Below, one piece after another: positions 28,801 to 36,245 of a stretch of 53,109 nt of DNA. The stretch's first letter is position 1. Every line of letters begins with the position of its first letter. The notes under the pieces are model-generated. The model ran no database searches, was not told where the DNA came from, and saw nothing but the letters and a program-made list of their open reading frames with translations. Origin of the DNA: a virus. Its lineage: Duplodnaviria > Caudoviricetes. The stretch lies in the IMG/VR virus record IMGVR_UViG_3300034190_001473, positions 1 to 53,109 of that record, one strand, 5' to 3'. Position numbers and translations under genes: made by a program.

Positions 28801-29188
28801 CCTGCCAGCCGTCGCCACCTTCCTCATAGAAGTCTGGCATCGCGTCAAAAGTTGTTTGCAGTCTAGCAAGACGTGTGTTTTGCGCGTCGCTCTGCGACTT
28901 ACTGTCGTATATGTCTCGGCCAATGGATACAGTGTTCATGTTGCGCCAGCGGCGGTCTTCCATGAAATAGTCTTTGGCTTCGTCTGTGCTTGTAAATGTC
29001 TTGCCGTCGCGCTCTTGGTAGTAATCAAATACGTCTTGGACAAATGCCGAGCTATTCCAAGCGTTGCGTGCGGTTTCTTTGGTTAAACCCGCTGCGTACC
29101 CCAGACCTGTGTCGCCTTGACCGTCCTGTGGGCCACCGTCAATGTCAATTTGTGCGTTGTTTAAAAAGTTGCTAAATAATTTCGACAC
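16844..29188 (-). CDS. giant internal virion / ejection protein (4114 aa), polyvalent-like
   Basis: 12.3-kb ORF after other ejection genes. HETAH...SEYFA zincin motif; GDGVYMT...VVPVFAK...PFD...GYDA...VVF ART-like motif; Gly/Ala-rich hydrophobic N- and C-terminal segments. Confidence 0.85.
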   Translation of the reverse strand: MSKLFSNFLNNAQIDIDGGPQDGQGDTGLGYAAGLTKETARNAWNSSAFVQDVFDYYQERDGKTFTSTDEAKDYFMEDRRWRNMNTVSIGRDIYDSKSQSDAQNTRLARLQTTFDAMPDFYEEGGDGWQGFRTNAAAGLLDVINVVGFGSGGVAARAAAAGVMAKAGTHSVKNATTQAALGQARKAGIRAGLTKGATSEALAGGLVEGIHSLGTQSRDIKIGLQDKYSLMQTGAAIGGGLIGGALLGAPMGLAGALVPNVNPMSKGFGKGNAIGRGIRDGRRAAFRADLDGRQTAAAKAQQEAENAAPEEPTGIGTPANKVRLTQVFTDRAERQRTQELQDAVMEQGTADDSGKTIDVSASSSVDTSASQRFLNGVKAMNDSIGLASKYDADAEKMVAAGANEVKIREARDLAERHRAVADKIEVQLQGIDAPSKATADVDIKLLEDLTNQQKRIGYTDGVGNAADNTMNAAVGEGFTVEENTQGEGRSLVRDVTNAVAQAQGVDAVGVGKNRENLTGGGQPSDTAGERLSDVNESAIAEREARIQEALRQQVEAAGEKLPELDEAVDSATRELQDAERGLQKEVVGQDADGGNIEKVTSAPDSPEMAVFNEKRQALDDATKAADDQRAVQDAVKEKSSEATKLFEQDRMARHAAKVAAQPVEEPSGGTPDVAPVEVVVTATERIVNIVDMNTNADSRFAVLQLLVDNIGGPFTAKQLAEQISSIKKNTKAAIAARKAKFQAILEEYAGRSDAIELLNDDDGIAASALNNVVFETLLDANQAEKYGDATPYRAGAMAEYNDWRERQAVEIFDDRLVDGFGLPDQVLEGMAQDFTPEFADIARAAINNPDVQRVDFPPAKKSEIKVFIEGLPSSMKTELNEFKEKYLSSLLASGQMKMADAETIVNRLADDKVDRWMRRSGDFVERNQQAISNEIDANRQMRQELTKALEKMLRTFKPSLAESAAGKKYTTEIQSREFRLAGYDFGNILASPGGDIVGVAKGATRIRYKVSPTKDATPAQEAHLAARAEIAALIDKYGFKRDMYVSKIISILDTRNEKLQKSREKNIDMGRRGVDDETYAYGDRKGQRTDSAKKLDRLAYDSTSTNPVKDGKSIRGDRGNVRTSSAIGVSDATAALGLGKHIGYTQVAATGKMTVWGKTTEGKATTAQLAAVFGKSKGGKLFRKTTVRNGQTGKLETLNSQVTAQMAIHDAAIDAASEQRVSNSVKAKRNLPYTQPRITAIEQLDKAINKLKSAKNPKPSKKNPDAAIDPQKVADAQDALDALYSKLRIATFFVDDPSLKKGTQILVDPAQLQLARQALVDSTSDASEISDAQVMRRALKGIVSDFNSSTKKEAAADNKVEYLENEGLTSLRTEYNALRNKLHDTMKGRLEKQGDGTMARTGEKVAMDEVELQRMRATLTKLGFALQNALDTGAKVDSKVADDLISAPGKARAAAARQDYARTKSEGDQATRDAAQEAAMNERRGLDGDNAYDQAFQNFDHIKDPELRAELEADAFNAAVTATLNNRAGNGPEMTPEDYAIMAGVPLNEAKPINPATKTAVRQKADSIMQEEAASVEMGEDIAEALTIQRDNGLPKAWLEDQIKKIRAHYAKKTKPVTEPDSVPPTSKGKPPYIRVIDGIEIDLFNDLDYVDLGNSRTSIGFEGRMLGAVDSLPDGKAVFTRASDGKVYVFDTKKDLIDDLLPMFRETFNQVANKMPNKYRRKANQVGTEYPIDHKNSETYGNNKPLTPNTKKGETPLDTPAKPVDPADRLTHNGEYYAAQIPTGKMFAVQIVDKTSKLKGSVRATSLKKAQSAGDMLKNSSRYEFIFGHVDLPSTGVSRKDQLLETFRPMDASDSFYDRNGKLVTVADADAELASLANTVPDGSKAAVNTKASKLSTIADNPISGSEEHIAVLAELATVPKTIGELNDMMFGLESISWNMLPSLNSYKNFMRLRASVGALLNSSAKNGIDRDTARRVKVNYNQLQQALSEHAPDDLAASVSFLENLFTFTGKSPLIEVGNENSFTPDFANEKFGSKRNRITLDKEQINAGGNRHTPITATIIHETAHWLYANVLDETDKVQFWSAMEKFYNDAEAGDGLDMDLLQKGSVDPQLFSNSLHSPSEYFANQFLTWVTSNGQVNNISLWGKIAQLGTMLLNNLRGIETPGVQLDPDLVPIFQKHMPVLQPDPVTGKMNVGISRFAHLEGVGAKFGKPMKEGQKRNTAAFLGEKIRLLDTTRLTLLGAKMRTPASLDDSLSLATDMEAAKNKIYGMFGGKAGEETHYFNPLQEGSGNVRITMFDTGTGSLQRGKLLEAQHKVHAFLKALRENKKAFNPDVEETKQRDDEIRKLIDDGGTPDEATEAKIREDSPYDNLDEKIIQQMDLLATNLNNAMDVMNRQMIAAFNRQMPRDATTDLYIGITFEGQAEVRKVNRKSERFKKMAREDAAEYQSKKEALDLIVAQFNNAGIDIADVAPDDLAGMVDELAVPIAPIEALKRHIVDGDTGVMAIQSIFQSINELGARPDLTSIPTMQELYKQALAKGDFAKQILTELTNMSKNGEQHKIVARLAKAATELGDPLWIQIALRWKTDPKNIGVKHEGVYAPPNKPAGDKSAPFVVAKGAMTHRRADVETVLQSLWTNFHNAGISETEAPNKIVDTEYTAHVITGYGQNKAGNDEVVLEQDGPLFKEMRKTLRKLAVKITRINDARLNQQPSREALDAKKDYITENLYEDVLPDLYMMAYRMLSPSQQKDINDAAQVSYADANQRESETLDFFVTRAMRQTNSGVKPDIGKTNTFDDRLRTLLKRQYENSSQNQASGGTFTYDPPKFAVADVENGLKEIGQIVFDLTHDILAFPKDTIAFKRDYDEANKWVNSGEEIFLLSPTKEEVAIARTPVLMAAKSHGSSTISPTIAGRFGRELTMSMSEKMQATVRTFLGASPFENVDTFLRFNKSPQADVNGVTKTSDGPYGDGVYMTKAGEADAEFDEVEFLETTKRALQSSPLTPADIDGGMVSAEAIVFYRQSILDLMNRSQDQNGVVNHELKHFLAMQDRHWRLLESLDGSIVQPKVVPVFAKMSTPFDLTSGSSYSFRSDAQDGISYLIGRMVNAGLINFGAVEELMSNVPDTFSGAALHRTLTGEDGLMVKHGTAKNAIKARQAFNAFMSGQGYDALTTDVGDVVFSSASVRQAEGGFTPVDANFSSNPTRNSERKMGGSLAIEMAVVNGELPPGRFANLAQEAQRLELPVQLVPVLGKIFKKQDVTEADAQKVSKLSSVVNFFSENAAHFRNVGANWYADKIKPQDGAGFFEEHDVELHNTVNGVFQKLNALPDAGGRVKKWANRNRGLMLKDAKQPDSHNRIISALRRGRGAVQELAQEEREAALEIGRLFDAELKKMRDLGIAVGDARNLGNDFYVPQVWDVDELLANPNRFKDALVTYFKREQNSPDYRGQKRHSIDELEAKAENVHYRLTQGHDPSIDTQVQKALGSIFAPRVLQLQAGDMVEMDNFLVTDLQGIMSKYFDRTVRKRLLTERFGLNMHGFDTYLDVARGATMSGKGSGLDRAVEILRSAKHTSSHGQSKEGPLQVDEVLVPRVQGRGNEIKDLLVSVEKELGDTPELRRKNKHRARAMLINAVEGIDRDDVGYNVRVDAIINAMIDFPRTNRLTHSNETKMRDMMNVLNKRSIDGGDGSELRYVVSRNMKAFNSVSLLGFTTLTSMPDMVLPLIRSGDMRAFYTAWKGYVKKDPAYRDAARNIGVGIENLMHDRAVQQSGAGNQKFTNSFFNFTGLTGWTNINREVSAMVGFESFKTEINRALAMRAKGLRGSKDYETSIRYLKRYGLTGEGAKYDFLKHGAIRLDELPPSDEAIKKQVQMAMLRFTNESVFMPNPNDTPLWAQNPWQSMMWQLKSFPLMMARLSGYVISEAKAGNTKPALYLLTAGVGMGSLSVMTKDVVQMRGGEDEQSMALRERKGSDTNMLGLWSIAQGLGAKEGGDADENLGLYIDGLLAVGGLGLFAELLYNASAQMDNGAYGTVRIASSIFGPSVSAGTGAIDVATGLKDYVTGDGEATAKRRAMLRQLAMRFPILGGVSYFRESAADLGGEPSTGGKKSNSSSFGGTFD

Positions 29189-29223
29189 GTCGGTACTCCA
29201 GTTTCCGAGGCTTGTTCGGACCC

Positions 29224-29254
29224 ATCATACCAACGTGTTAAGTTCTAGTCGTCC
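29224..29254 (-). promoter_or_regulatory. putative late promoter GGACGA-N19-TATGAT
   Basis: One of four identically spaced copies; directly upstream of the giant gene. Confidence 0.7.
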
Positions 29255-32074
29255 TCACTGCTGAGAGAGAGCTTCCATTGCCAATGAAACTGACCGTTCA
29301 TCAAAAGGCAAACCCGCCGACTTTAGCGCGTCAGCTATGACGCGAGGCATTTCGGTTTGCTGCCATTGCGACTTTTCAGAAAAATTGCTGATCTCGGCTG
29401 CGTCAAGACTGCTCTGCAAAGCAGTTTTAATAGAAGTCGCAAACTCTTCCGTCATTCTACTTTGTATTAGTGTCTCCGCTTTTTGCGCTCGTGCTGCGTC
29501 CCAAGCCTTGTAGCCTTCGTTAGCTCTTTCTATCCCCGTAAGTTCTGGTCTGGCTGGGGCTGCTGGCGTGTGGAAAGGTGTGTATATTATATTACCATCG
29601 ACCATTCTTCTTTTGCCATCGGCTGATACGCTACCGCTTTGGCCGTTTGATCCGGGGGGCGGTTGCACGACTAAGCCATTTTCCTTTGCTGCCGCTGCTG
29701 TCATTCTCTCGCCCTTAACAAGCTGCCCGTCTACCAAGTCGTAATAAAAGAACGGGTTAAGAAGTTCGCCATTGGCGTCTTTAAACGTCTTGCCAATTTT
29801 CCTGCTATCGGCTGTCACCATTGCATACGAGGTTTCGCCGTTGGCGTTCTTAGTACGTGTGAGCCACTCTGGTTTTACCATAGGCTTAGTATCTAAAATT
29901 CTTTGAAACAAACCTTCGGCAAGAAGGTCTATGCTGGTTTTTGGTTTAGCAGGAATTTCCCTAACAGACCACCGCACTTCGTCTTCTTGCAGCCCTGCTA
30001 CAAAAGTCTCTATGCCAGCGGTTAATTCATTGGCAATCTTTTCGCGGACTTTTTGTACCGCTTCTGGGGTGGCAGTGATCGGTAAGCTGGCAATGTCCCT
30101 TTGCAACTTTTGGATTGCGATAGCTGATAATTGCTTAAACAGACCGTCCTCGTATGTTTGGTAATAAGTCTGTGGCGGGGGTATGCCGTCTTGCATCTGG
30201 ATCGCTTGACTTTGTACCCACCCCGCCATGTCACTCGTGGCTGGTAGCATCAATGTGGCTTTAGCAATGTTCACAACCTCTTGCATTTCTTCTGGCGTAG
30301 TTTTTTCCGGTTCTAGCCCCATGTCTCTTACTATTTTCAAAACAGTCTGACTGGCTTGAACTCTCTTGGACATTGAAATGTGCGCTGTATTGGCCAAGGC
30401 TCTAAGAGCAACTCTTGCTACTTTAGCCGCAGGGTCGTCGCTCATAATCAATAGGTCTGCGGCCTTTTCATTTTTCCAGTAATCGGCACTAGCGTTCCAA
30501 GTCGAAGTTAAAGCGGTGACGTGTCTATCATGGTTTGTCTGCCACAGTTTTGCGTGCGCGTAAGCGCCACGGCTGTCTAGTCGCTTGTAAATATCTTCAA
30601 ACTCTTCTGGAAATTTTTCCTCGCCGTCTGCGTTTTCCGTCATTTCGTAAGGGTCCATCCCCAACATCGCTCTGTGGTTGTTTAATACCTCAAACGCTTT
30701 ACCTTTTCTCCCTCCGATGTCGGCTTGTGTAAATATTCTATCTAAGTCTGTACCATTGTTTGCAACAAATTCGAGCAACGCGGCATCGTCTTCTTTTTTT
30801 TCTTTGGCTATCGCACTCTCGCTGCCAATGGTTAATGCGCCCAGCAATTCGTCAAAGTGCCTTTCGTAAATACCGGGATCAAGAGCTTTTAGTACATCAT
30901 AGTCGTTAGTGGTATTTTCCAGCAACGTCGTGACGTATTCTCTGCGCTTTGCGTCATCGTTATATTTTTGAAGAAGTTCCCCAGCATATGCAAACGACCC
31001 TGTTAGTGATTGCTTAGCTTTATCTAAATTGTTGTTAGCTTGAGCTATTCTTTTGGGTTTGTTGGCTGCGCGTAAGTTGGTCCCGTATATGTCAATCTCA
31101 GCGTCGGTAGGTATTCCCAGCCCACTTCGTGCGAAAAAGGCTTTAGCCGCTTTTTGCAATTGGGCAGGGTCAGTAGTGTCCACAGCCAAATCTGCGTCTA
31201 CTTTATTTAATGTTTCAGCTATATAGCTGGGCCGATACGTTTCGTATTCTTTTGTGGCCAGTTCCATATACTTATCCACGGCGGCTTGGTCAGGGACAAA
31301 GCCGTTTGGGAATGAATTTTTAAACCTTTGCTCGGCTACCTGTTTGAACGCCGCTAATGTCGTGCTGGTCTTAATCAGGTCTTGAAATCCTTCTGCACCC
31401 TGTGAGGTTGCGGTACTATTGTAATCGGACATAAGCCTAGATACGGTGCTTTCTCTTAGCGCTTGAATAGCCGCCTTATGACGTTGGGGGGCGTTGTCGT
31501 ATGCGGCGGTCCATTGACTGTCACTTTGAAGGTTCATTAACCCTTGGTCTCTGTAATACTGCTGGAAATCTGCTTGCTGGTTTAAAAAGTTGTTGTTCTT
31601 AAACCAGTCAAAAGTGAACATATCTCCTTTTATGCCAGCGGCGTCTAGCTGCGCTTGATAACTGGCATAGGCAGTGGTCCCGCCGGGTTTCACTTTACCG
31701 TCTGCGTCTTTTTCCTCTGTTGCATGGTCTGTCCCAATGTGGGCCTTGGCAAGTTCTTTTGCTATTGCCAGTTGTTTTGTGATATTGCCCAGCGCATTGC
31801 CAGCCGCAACGGTCTGTTTGTTCGCTTGTATCTGGCCAAGTCGTTTGGAAGTTTCTTGCAGTGCGCCAGACGAGGGAAGGCCAGCGCCAAAGTAAGATGT
31901 GCCGCCAGACAGAGACGACTTATAGTTAGCCAAGTCTTCGGTGCTAACCTTTGCGCCCATGTCGGCGTTCATCTTAACGTAGCTCTGAAATAGCTCCGCA
32001 TTTTCAGACCGACGTCTACGACTTGTGTCGACGGCTTCGTTGTAGCCCTTGCGAAATGCGTTGCCTAATCTCAT
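29255..32074 (-). CDS. internal virion (ejection) protein, 939 aa
   Basis: Position and helical Ala/Gln-rich composition. Confidence 0.7.
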   Translation of the reverse strand: MRLGNAFRKGYNEAVDTSRRRRSENAELFQSYVKMNADMGAKVSTEDLANYKSSLSGGTSYFGAGLPSSGALQETSKRLGQIQANKQTVAAGNALGNITKQLAIAKELAKAHIGTDHATEEKDADGKVKPGGTTAYASYQAQLDAAGIKGDMFTFDWFKNNNFLNQQADFQQYYRDQGLMNLQSDSQWTAAYDNAPQRHKAAIQALRESTVSRLMSDYNSTATSQGAEGFQDLIKTSTTLAAFKQVAEQRFKNSFPNGFVPDQAAVDKYMELATKEYETYRPSYIAETLNKVDADLAVDTTDPAQLQKAAKAFFARSGLGIPTDAEIDIYGTNLRAANKPKRIAQANNNLDKAKQSLTGSFAYAGELLQKYNDDAKRREYVTTLLENTTNDYDVLKALDPGIYERHFDELLGALTIGSESAIAKEKKEDDAALLEFVANNGTDLDRIFTQADIGGRKGKAFEVLNNHRAMLGMDPYEMTENADGEEKFPEEFEDIYKRLDSRGAYAHAKLWQTNHDRHVTALTSTWNASADYWKNEKAADLLIMSDDPAAKVARVALRALANTAHISMSKRVQASQTVLKIVRDMGLEPEKTTPEEMQEVVNIAKATLMLPATSDMAGWVQSQAIQMQDGIPPPQTYYQTYEDGLFKQLSAIAIQKLQRDIASLPITATPEAVQKVREKIANELTAGIETFVAGLQEDEVRWSVREIPAKPKTSIDLLAEGLFQRILDTKPMVKPEWLTRTKNANGETSYAMVTADSRKIGKTFKDANGELLNPFFYYDLVDGQLVKGERMTAAAAKENGLVVQPPPGSNGQSGSVSADGKRRMVDGNIIYTPFHTPAAPARPELTGIERANEGYKAWDAARAQKAETLIQSRMTEEFATSIKTALQSSLDAAEISNFSEKSQWQQTEMPRVIADALKSAGLPFDERSVSLAMEALSQQ

Positions 32075-32985
32075 TTTGCTATCCCTTTGTACTCTGGAAC
32101 GCCAGCGCCAAGACTTGCCGTTCTGTAATACTCAAGCTGACGGTCTGTATCGCTCATAACGTCTACGCGCTTGTCGTTGAAGCCAAAGGTAAAGCCAAGG
32201 TTCGGTGCGATCTGCTCGCCAAACCTACCAACCGCCGAACCGAAACTTTCTGAACTATCGGCATACTGATCCGCAGCCGTTTTGCTAATGTCGGCTTGCT
32301 GATTGTATGCTGTCTGCATCATCTGTGGTGCAAAGTTAGTGAGCATAGGGCTTTCGGCGTCAATCGCTGCTGAGTACACACCCTTAGTTTCATCCAGCAT
32401 ACCCGTTCTGCCAGAGTTTAAAGCGTCTGCATAGTTTGTGCTTCTCGCAATGGCGCTGTCGAACGCCATGTTGTCTAGCTCTGCGACTTTATCCATAGAC
32501 TTCTCTATGATGTCGGCCTGTCGGTCACTGTTATACGTGCTGCTACCCAGACCGCGATCAATGTTGGCAGCGGTCTCCGACGAAGACACCCGCTCAACTA
32601 TGTCCATATAGCTGGACATGTAGTTGGTGCGTAGATCGTCATAGTTTTTCTTTATGCCGTCTTCGTCGACCATGTTGTATTCACCCAGCTTTGCGCTGGC
32701 TTTCCTAATCTCATGGTCGAGCTTGCCTGTTCGCTTCATAAGCTGCTCTTGCGCTTGCAATTCCGACTGACGTCTTGATGCCGCCATAGCTTGATACTCA
32801 GCCGCAAGCTGTTGTTGGAAAGCCATCTGGTCGCGTGCAATAGCTTCGTCTTGCATCATAGTCGTAAGAGACATGCCCATATCAAAGAAAGAGCCGCCTG
32901 CTTCGGCCATCATTCTTCCGCGACTGCCTTCTTTTAACGCGCTTCCGAAACCCTTACCACCGGCTTCACCGAGATTTGCCGCCAT
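32071..32985 (-). CDS. internal virion / DNA transfer protein
   Basis: Gly-rich N-terminus, Gln/Ala-rich coiled coil, position. Confidence 0.65.
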   Translation of the reverse strand: MAANLGEAGGKGFGSALKEGSRGRMMAEAGGSFFDMGMSLTTMMQDEAIARDQMAFQQQLAAEYQAMAASRRQSELQAQEQLMKRTGKLDHEIRKASAKLGEYNMVDEDGIKKNYDDLRTNYMSSYMDIVERVSSSETAANIDRGLGSSTYNSDRQADIIEKSMDKVAELDNMAFDSAIARSTNYADALNSGRTGMLDETKGVYSAAIDAESPMLTNFAPQMMQTAYNQQADISKTAADQYADSSESFGSAVGRFGEQIAPNLGFTFGFNDKRVDVMSDTDRQLEYYRTASLGAGVPEYKGIAK

Positions 32986-32995
32986 GTCTTAACTC

Positions 32996-33688
32996 CTAGC
33001 CGTACTTTGAAGCATACCCAGCTTCTCTTTTGCCTAATAAATTACGCCCAAAATTACCCGCTCTCAGGCTTTGTGGGCCGTAGCCAAGGTTGTAACCGCC
33101 AAGACCGCTGCCGAACCCAGTGCCAGCCGCCATCCGATAATTCACGTCGTTGTTAAGAGCTTGGCCGGGAAGTGGTTGTTCGCCTGTCGTGGCGACGTCT
33201 GAAGCCATTTCAGTTCCGACGACGTCTGTCTGCTCCATGCTGCCTTCTGGCAAAGGATTTTCAATCGTGCCATCTACGCCGCCAGCCAAAGCACGACTTC
33301 CGAAACCCTCACCGCCTTCGCCTACTGCGCCGGGGCTTTGATTAGCAACAGTCGCTTCCATACTTGGTAGCCCTGCGGCACTTGCGTATTCGTCACCCAA
33401 GTAAGACGCACCAGCTCGCGCCGTGTCAAATGGCGAGAACATCTGGCTTGCGCCTTCGCCACCTAAAACCATCGTCAGGTCTTCGTCGCCCATGCCCGGC
33501 ACGGCGCTGTCTTTCCCAGCCGCCGCGTCCTTGATGAACTCGTACTGATTGCTTGGCGTGCCAGCATCCGAAGTAATGAACTGCTGTGGCCCAATGCTAT
33601 CAGGGACCATATTCATCGGAGCCGCTGGACCGGGCCGCGCAATTGCTGGCGCTGGTGTTGGCGCTACCGCTCTTGATCTTCCACCCAT
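32996..33688 (-). CDS. putative virion protein
   Basis: MGG-Pro-rich N-terminus; GGAG RBS; position. Confidence 0.6.
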   Translation of the reverse strand: MGGRSRAVAPTPAPAIARPGPAAPMNMVPDSIGPQQFITSDAGTPSNQYEFIKDAAAGKDSAVPGMGDEDLTMVLGGEGASQMFSPFDTARAGASYLGDEYASAAGLPSMEATVANQSPGAVGEGGEGFGSRALAGGVDGTIENPLPEGSMEQTDVVGTEMASDVATTGEQPLPGQALNNDVNYRMAAGTGFGSGLGGYNLGYGPQSLRAGNFGRNLLGKREAGYASKYG

Positions 33689-33698
33689 AGTTTATCTC

Positions 33699-35336
33699 CT
33701 ATCCTATGACTACGCCAATGCGTTTGTCGTTTAAGCCTGTCCGACGTTGGCTGCGTGCTTGCTGCATACTGTTCACTGGCGTCATCTTAGCATTTCCATA
33801 GTTTCGGTTCGTCCCACCCTGTTGAAGGTAGCGAACTCCGTTCATATCTGGCTGCGCACTAAACAGAGGGTTGTTAGACGCTGATGTTGTGGGCTGACCG
33901 CCAAGGCTAGTTGGCTGCACAGAGTTAGGGTTGGCGTTCTTGGCGTTGGCTAACAGCCACGCTTGCCAATCGAAGTCTGGTGAGCCAGCCGCCACGTCCC
34001 CAGACGTGTCCGACAGGCCTGTGTTTTGCAATGTAGAAATAGCAGGGGTTTCTCGTGGGGCAGGGCTTGCAACTGAACTGTTCTCTGGTCCGTCATTTAG
34101 ACTTGCCCCAAACCCGCCATTCTCTTCTTGGTTTTCTTGCTGTTGGGTGCGTGCTTCCCAAGGCGTCTTGATGTCGCTGCTCATAATTCCTGGTGCTACG
34201 TCTTGCATCTTGCCGCCGACGTAAGAGCCAATGCCTTCTGTAAGCCCGACACCTGTTGTTACTGCGCCAACCGTTGCCTGACCAACGCTGCCTGTGCTGT
34301 CGTAGATTTTTTGGCCGACGAAGGGCGCGGCCTTGCCAGCCGCGAAGTCGCCAAGAGCGCCTCCTAGCGCATTGCCGTAGTCAAAGCTCGCCGTGCTTGC
34401 CGTGCCTTCCCATCCCGGCACGCGAGGCCCGTATGTGTTCATTGTTTCGTAGTTCGTTCCTGTGCCAATTATACTACCAACAGGCCCAAGCACTTGTCCA
34501 AGCACTAAGCCTTCGATAATGTTACCAAGACCCGTACCAAACCTAGAGCCAAAAGTATTCGTTCCCACGTTGCCTGCGGCGTCGGAAGCAAGGTTGCGTT
34601 GAAACGGTTCGTTGTAAGCGTCGGCCAGATCGTCAAAGCTAGATTGATTTGTGCGCTTGTTATAACCTGACCCTGCAAATGTTTCCTTAATAGTTGAGCC
34701 AAGGGCGTTACCCAAAGGGTCATCAAAGCTAGAGCCGGGGAACGAATACTTTGTGCCGCCGCTGTACTTTTGGCGCATCAGCTCGGCCAGCATCTTAGTC
34801 GCTGCCTGTTGATTTTCTAGCGTCGGTGGGCCGTATCCCGCCTGCGCTTTAGTCGGGTCAAACCCTTCTAATAAATAACCGCCCTTGCCCATGCCGACGT
34901 TGATTAAGTCTTGGTCGATGAAGGGCAGACCAGTGTTAGCTTTGTCCCAGTTAGCCTTTGCCGTTTTGTACGCTGCGTCGTATGCGGTCTTGTTGTCGTA
35001 ATTATTACTGATCGTGTTTCGCAAATTAGAGTACGTACCAGACGTAATAGGCTGGCCGTCTTTACCTACTGCGTTAGTCACGCCTTTGTACGTGGACGAG
35101 TAGCCTTTCTTCGCCAGCTCAGCATTGATGACGGCTTCTCGTTCTTCCGCAGCCCTGAGCTGTGCACCAAGGTCGCTGTCGCCACCGTCGTTCGTATTTG
35201 GATACTTGGGTTTTTGCAAGTTATCGGGCCGCATCTTTGCGCGCTTGCTTGTCTTCAGGTCAGGGTTAGAATTTACGTTGCCTTCATTAGCCGTGTTGTT
35301 GTCACTGCTGTCGTCGTCGCTACCGCCGCTGCACAT
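33699..35336 (-). CDS. putative ejection protein
   Basis: Start moved to MCSGGS (ATG 35336, AAGGA RBS); Gly-rich hydrophobic central segments. Confidence 0.65.
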   Translation of the reverse strand: MCSGGSDDDSSDNNTANEGNVNSNPDLKTSKRAKMRPDNLQKPKYPNTNDGGDSDLGAQLRAAEEREAVINAELAKKGYSSTYKGVTNAVGKDGQPITSGTYSNLRNTISNNYDNKTAYDAAYKTAKANWDKANTGLPFIDQDLINVGMGKGGYLLEGFDPTKAQAGYGPPTLENQQAATKMLAELMRQKYSGGTKYSFPGSSFDDPLGNALGSTIKETFAGSGYNKRTNQSSFDDLADAYNEPFQRNLASDAAGNVGTNTFGSRFGTGLGNIIEGLVLGQVLGPVGSIIGTGTNYETMNTYGPRVPGWEGTASTASFDYGNALGGALGDFAAGKAAPFVGQKIYDSTGSVGQATVGAVTTGVGLTEGIGSYVGGKMQDVAPGIMSSDIKTPWEARTQQQENQEENGGFGASLNDGPENSSVASPAPRETPAISTLQNTGLSDTSGDVAAGSPDFDWQAWLLANAKNANPNSVQPTSLGGQPTTSASNNPLFSAQPDMNGVRYLQQGGTNRNYGNAKMTPVNSMQQARSQRRTGLNDKRIGVVIG

Positions 35337-35337
35337 A

Positions 35338-35793
35338 CTATAAGTCCTTCTGAAAAATGTAGCCCGTCTGGGTGTAGCCGTTCTTTTGAGCAAACTTGTC
35401 CCAGCCATTACGGACGCCATTATTGCACGGCATAAACAGCAAGACTTCTGCGTCGTTGTATCTTGCCCAATGCTCAAACTTTTTCATAAAGCGTAATGCA
35501 GTTGAGCCGCCACGATGCAACGGATGTATATACATGTTCTGCTCTATCGCCAGCGTGGTTTGACCAAAGTAGTGTTTACTCAAGTTGGCAAAGAACATGC
35601 CTGTTATGCCGTCGTCGGTCACAATGTCTTCGTCTACTAAGCTCAGTTTCTCTTCGCTTTCGATGTAAGACTTTAGCATAAACTGAACTTTGTCTTCGTC
35701 GAAGTCGTGGTTCGAAAACACACCTTCACTGTGCATAACCTCACCAAGCACCGCCAGCGGTGTCACGTCTTCAAGAGTTGCCAAGCGGATCAT
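35338..35793 (-). CDS. GNAT-family acetyltransferase
   Basis: MIRLATLED...MYIHPLHRGG...KNGY. Confidence 0.8.
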   Translation of the reverse strand: MIRLATLEDVTPLAVLGEVMHSEGVFSNHDFDEDKVQFMLKSYIESEEKLSLVDEDIVTDDGITGMFFANLSKHYFGQTTLAIEQNMYIHPLHRGGSTALRFMKKFEHWARYNDAEVLLFMPCNNGVRNGWDKFAQKNGYTQTGYIFQKDL

Positions 35794-36245
35794 GGCGCTC
35801 TCCCATACGTCGGCCCGACGTAGTCGTAGCCTAGTCGCTTGGCTATAATATCAAAGCCTGAGTGAATACTGACAGTCGGCTCAAAGAATATGCCCTTGCA
35901 TTTGTTTAAAGCGGCCCAACTTCGCAGCTCTCGCATAAAGCTCATAGGAACCTTGAGGTTCCCACGGTGGTTAGGCTCAATATACATCAGCCTTTGCTCA
36001 GCTATGAGGTCGCTGCCAAAGAAGGTCTTGGATATTTGTGCTGAAAAGAAACCCACAATCTCACCTTCTTTCTCGTAAACCATAAACATCCAGTCTGGCT
36101 GCTCGTGTGTTAGCTTTGCGTGCGCCATCATGTCGTCGGCGTCTACGTCGTATTCTTTGTAGTAGCCCTCCGCTATCATATCGAAAGCAAGGGCTACGCA
36201 TCTGTCTATGTCTTCCGCTTCGGCCAAGCGGATTAGTTCTTTCAT
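35790..36245 (-). CDS. GNAT-family acetyltransferase (paralog)
   Basis: IRLAEAED...MYIEPNHRG...RLGY. Confidence 0.8.
   Translation of the reverse strand: MKELIRLAEAEDIDRCVALAFDMIAEGYYKEYDVDADDMMAHAKLTHEQPDWMFMVYEKEGEIVGFFSAQISKTFFGSDLIAEQRLMYIEPNHRGNLKVPMSFMRELRSWAALNKCKGIFFEPTVSIHSGFDIIAKRLGYDYVGPTYGRAP

Noticed and set aside
16844-29188. Giant protein as a virion RNA polymerase (N4- or crAss-like)
   Set aside because: I could not find a DxDGD motif or single-subunit RNAP motifs. A profile search is needed to exclude it fully.
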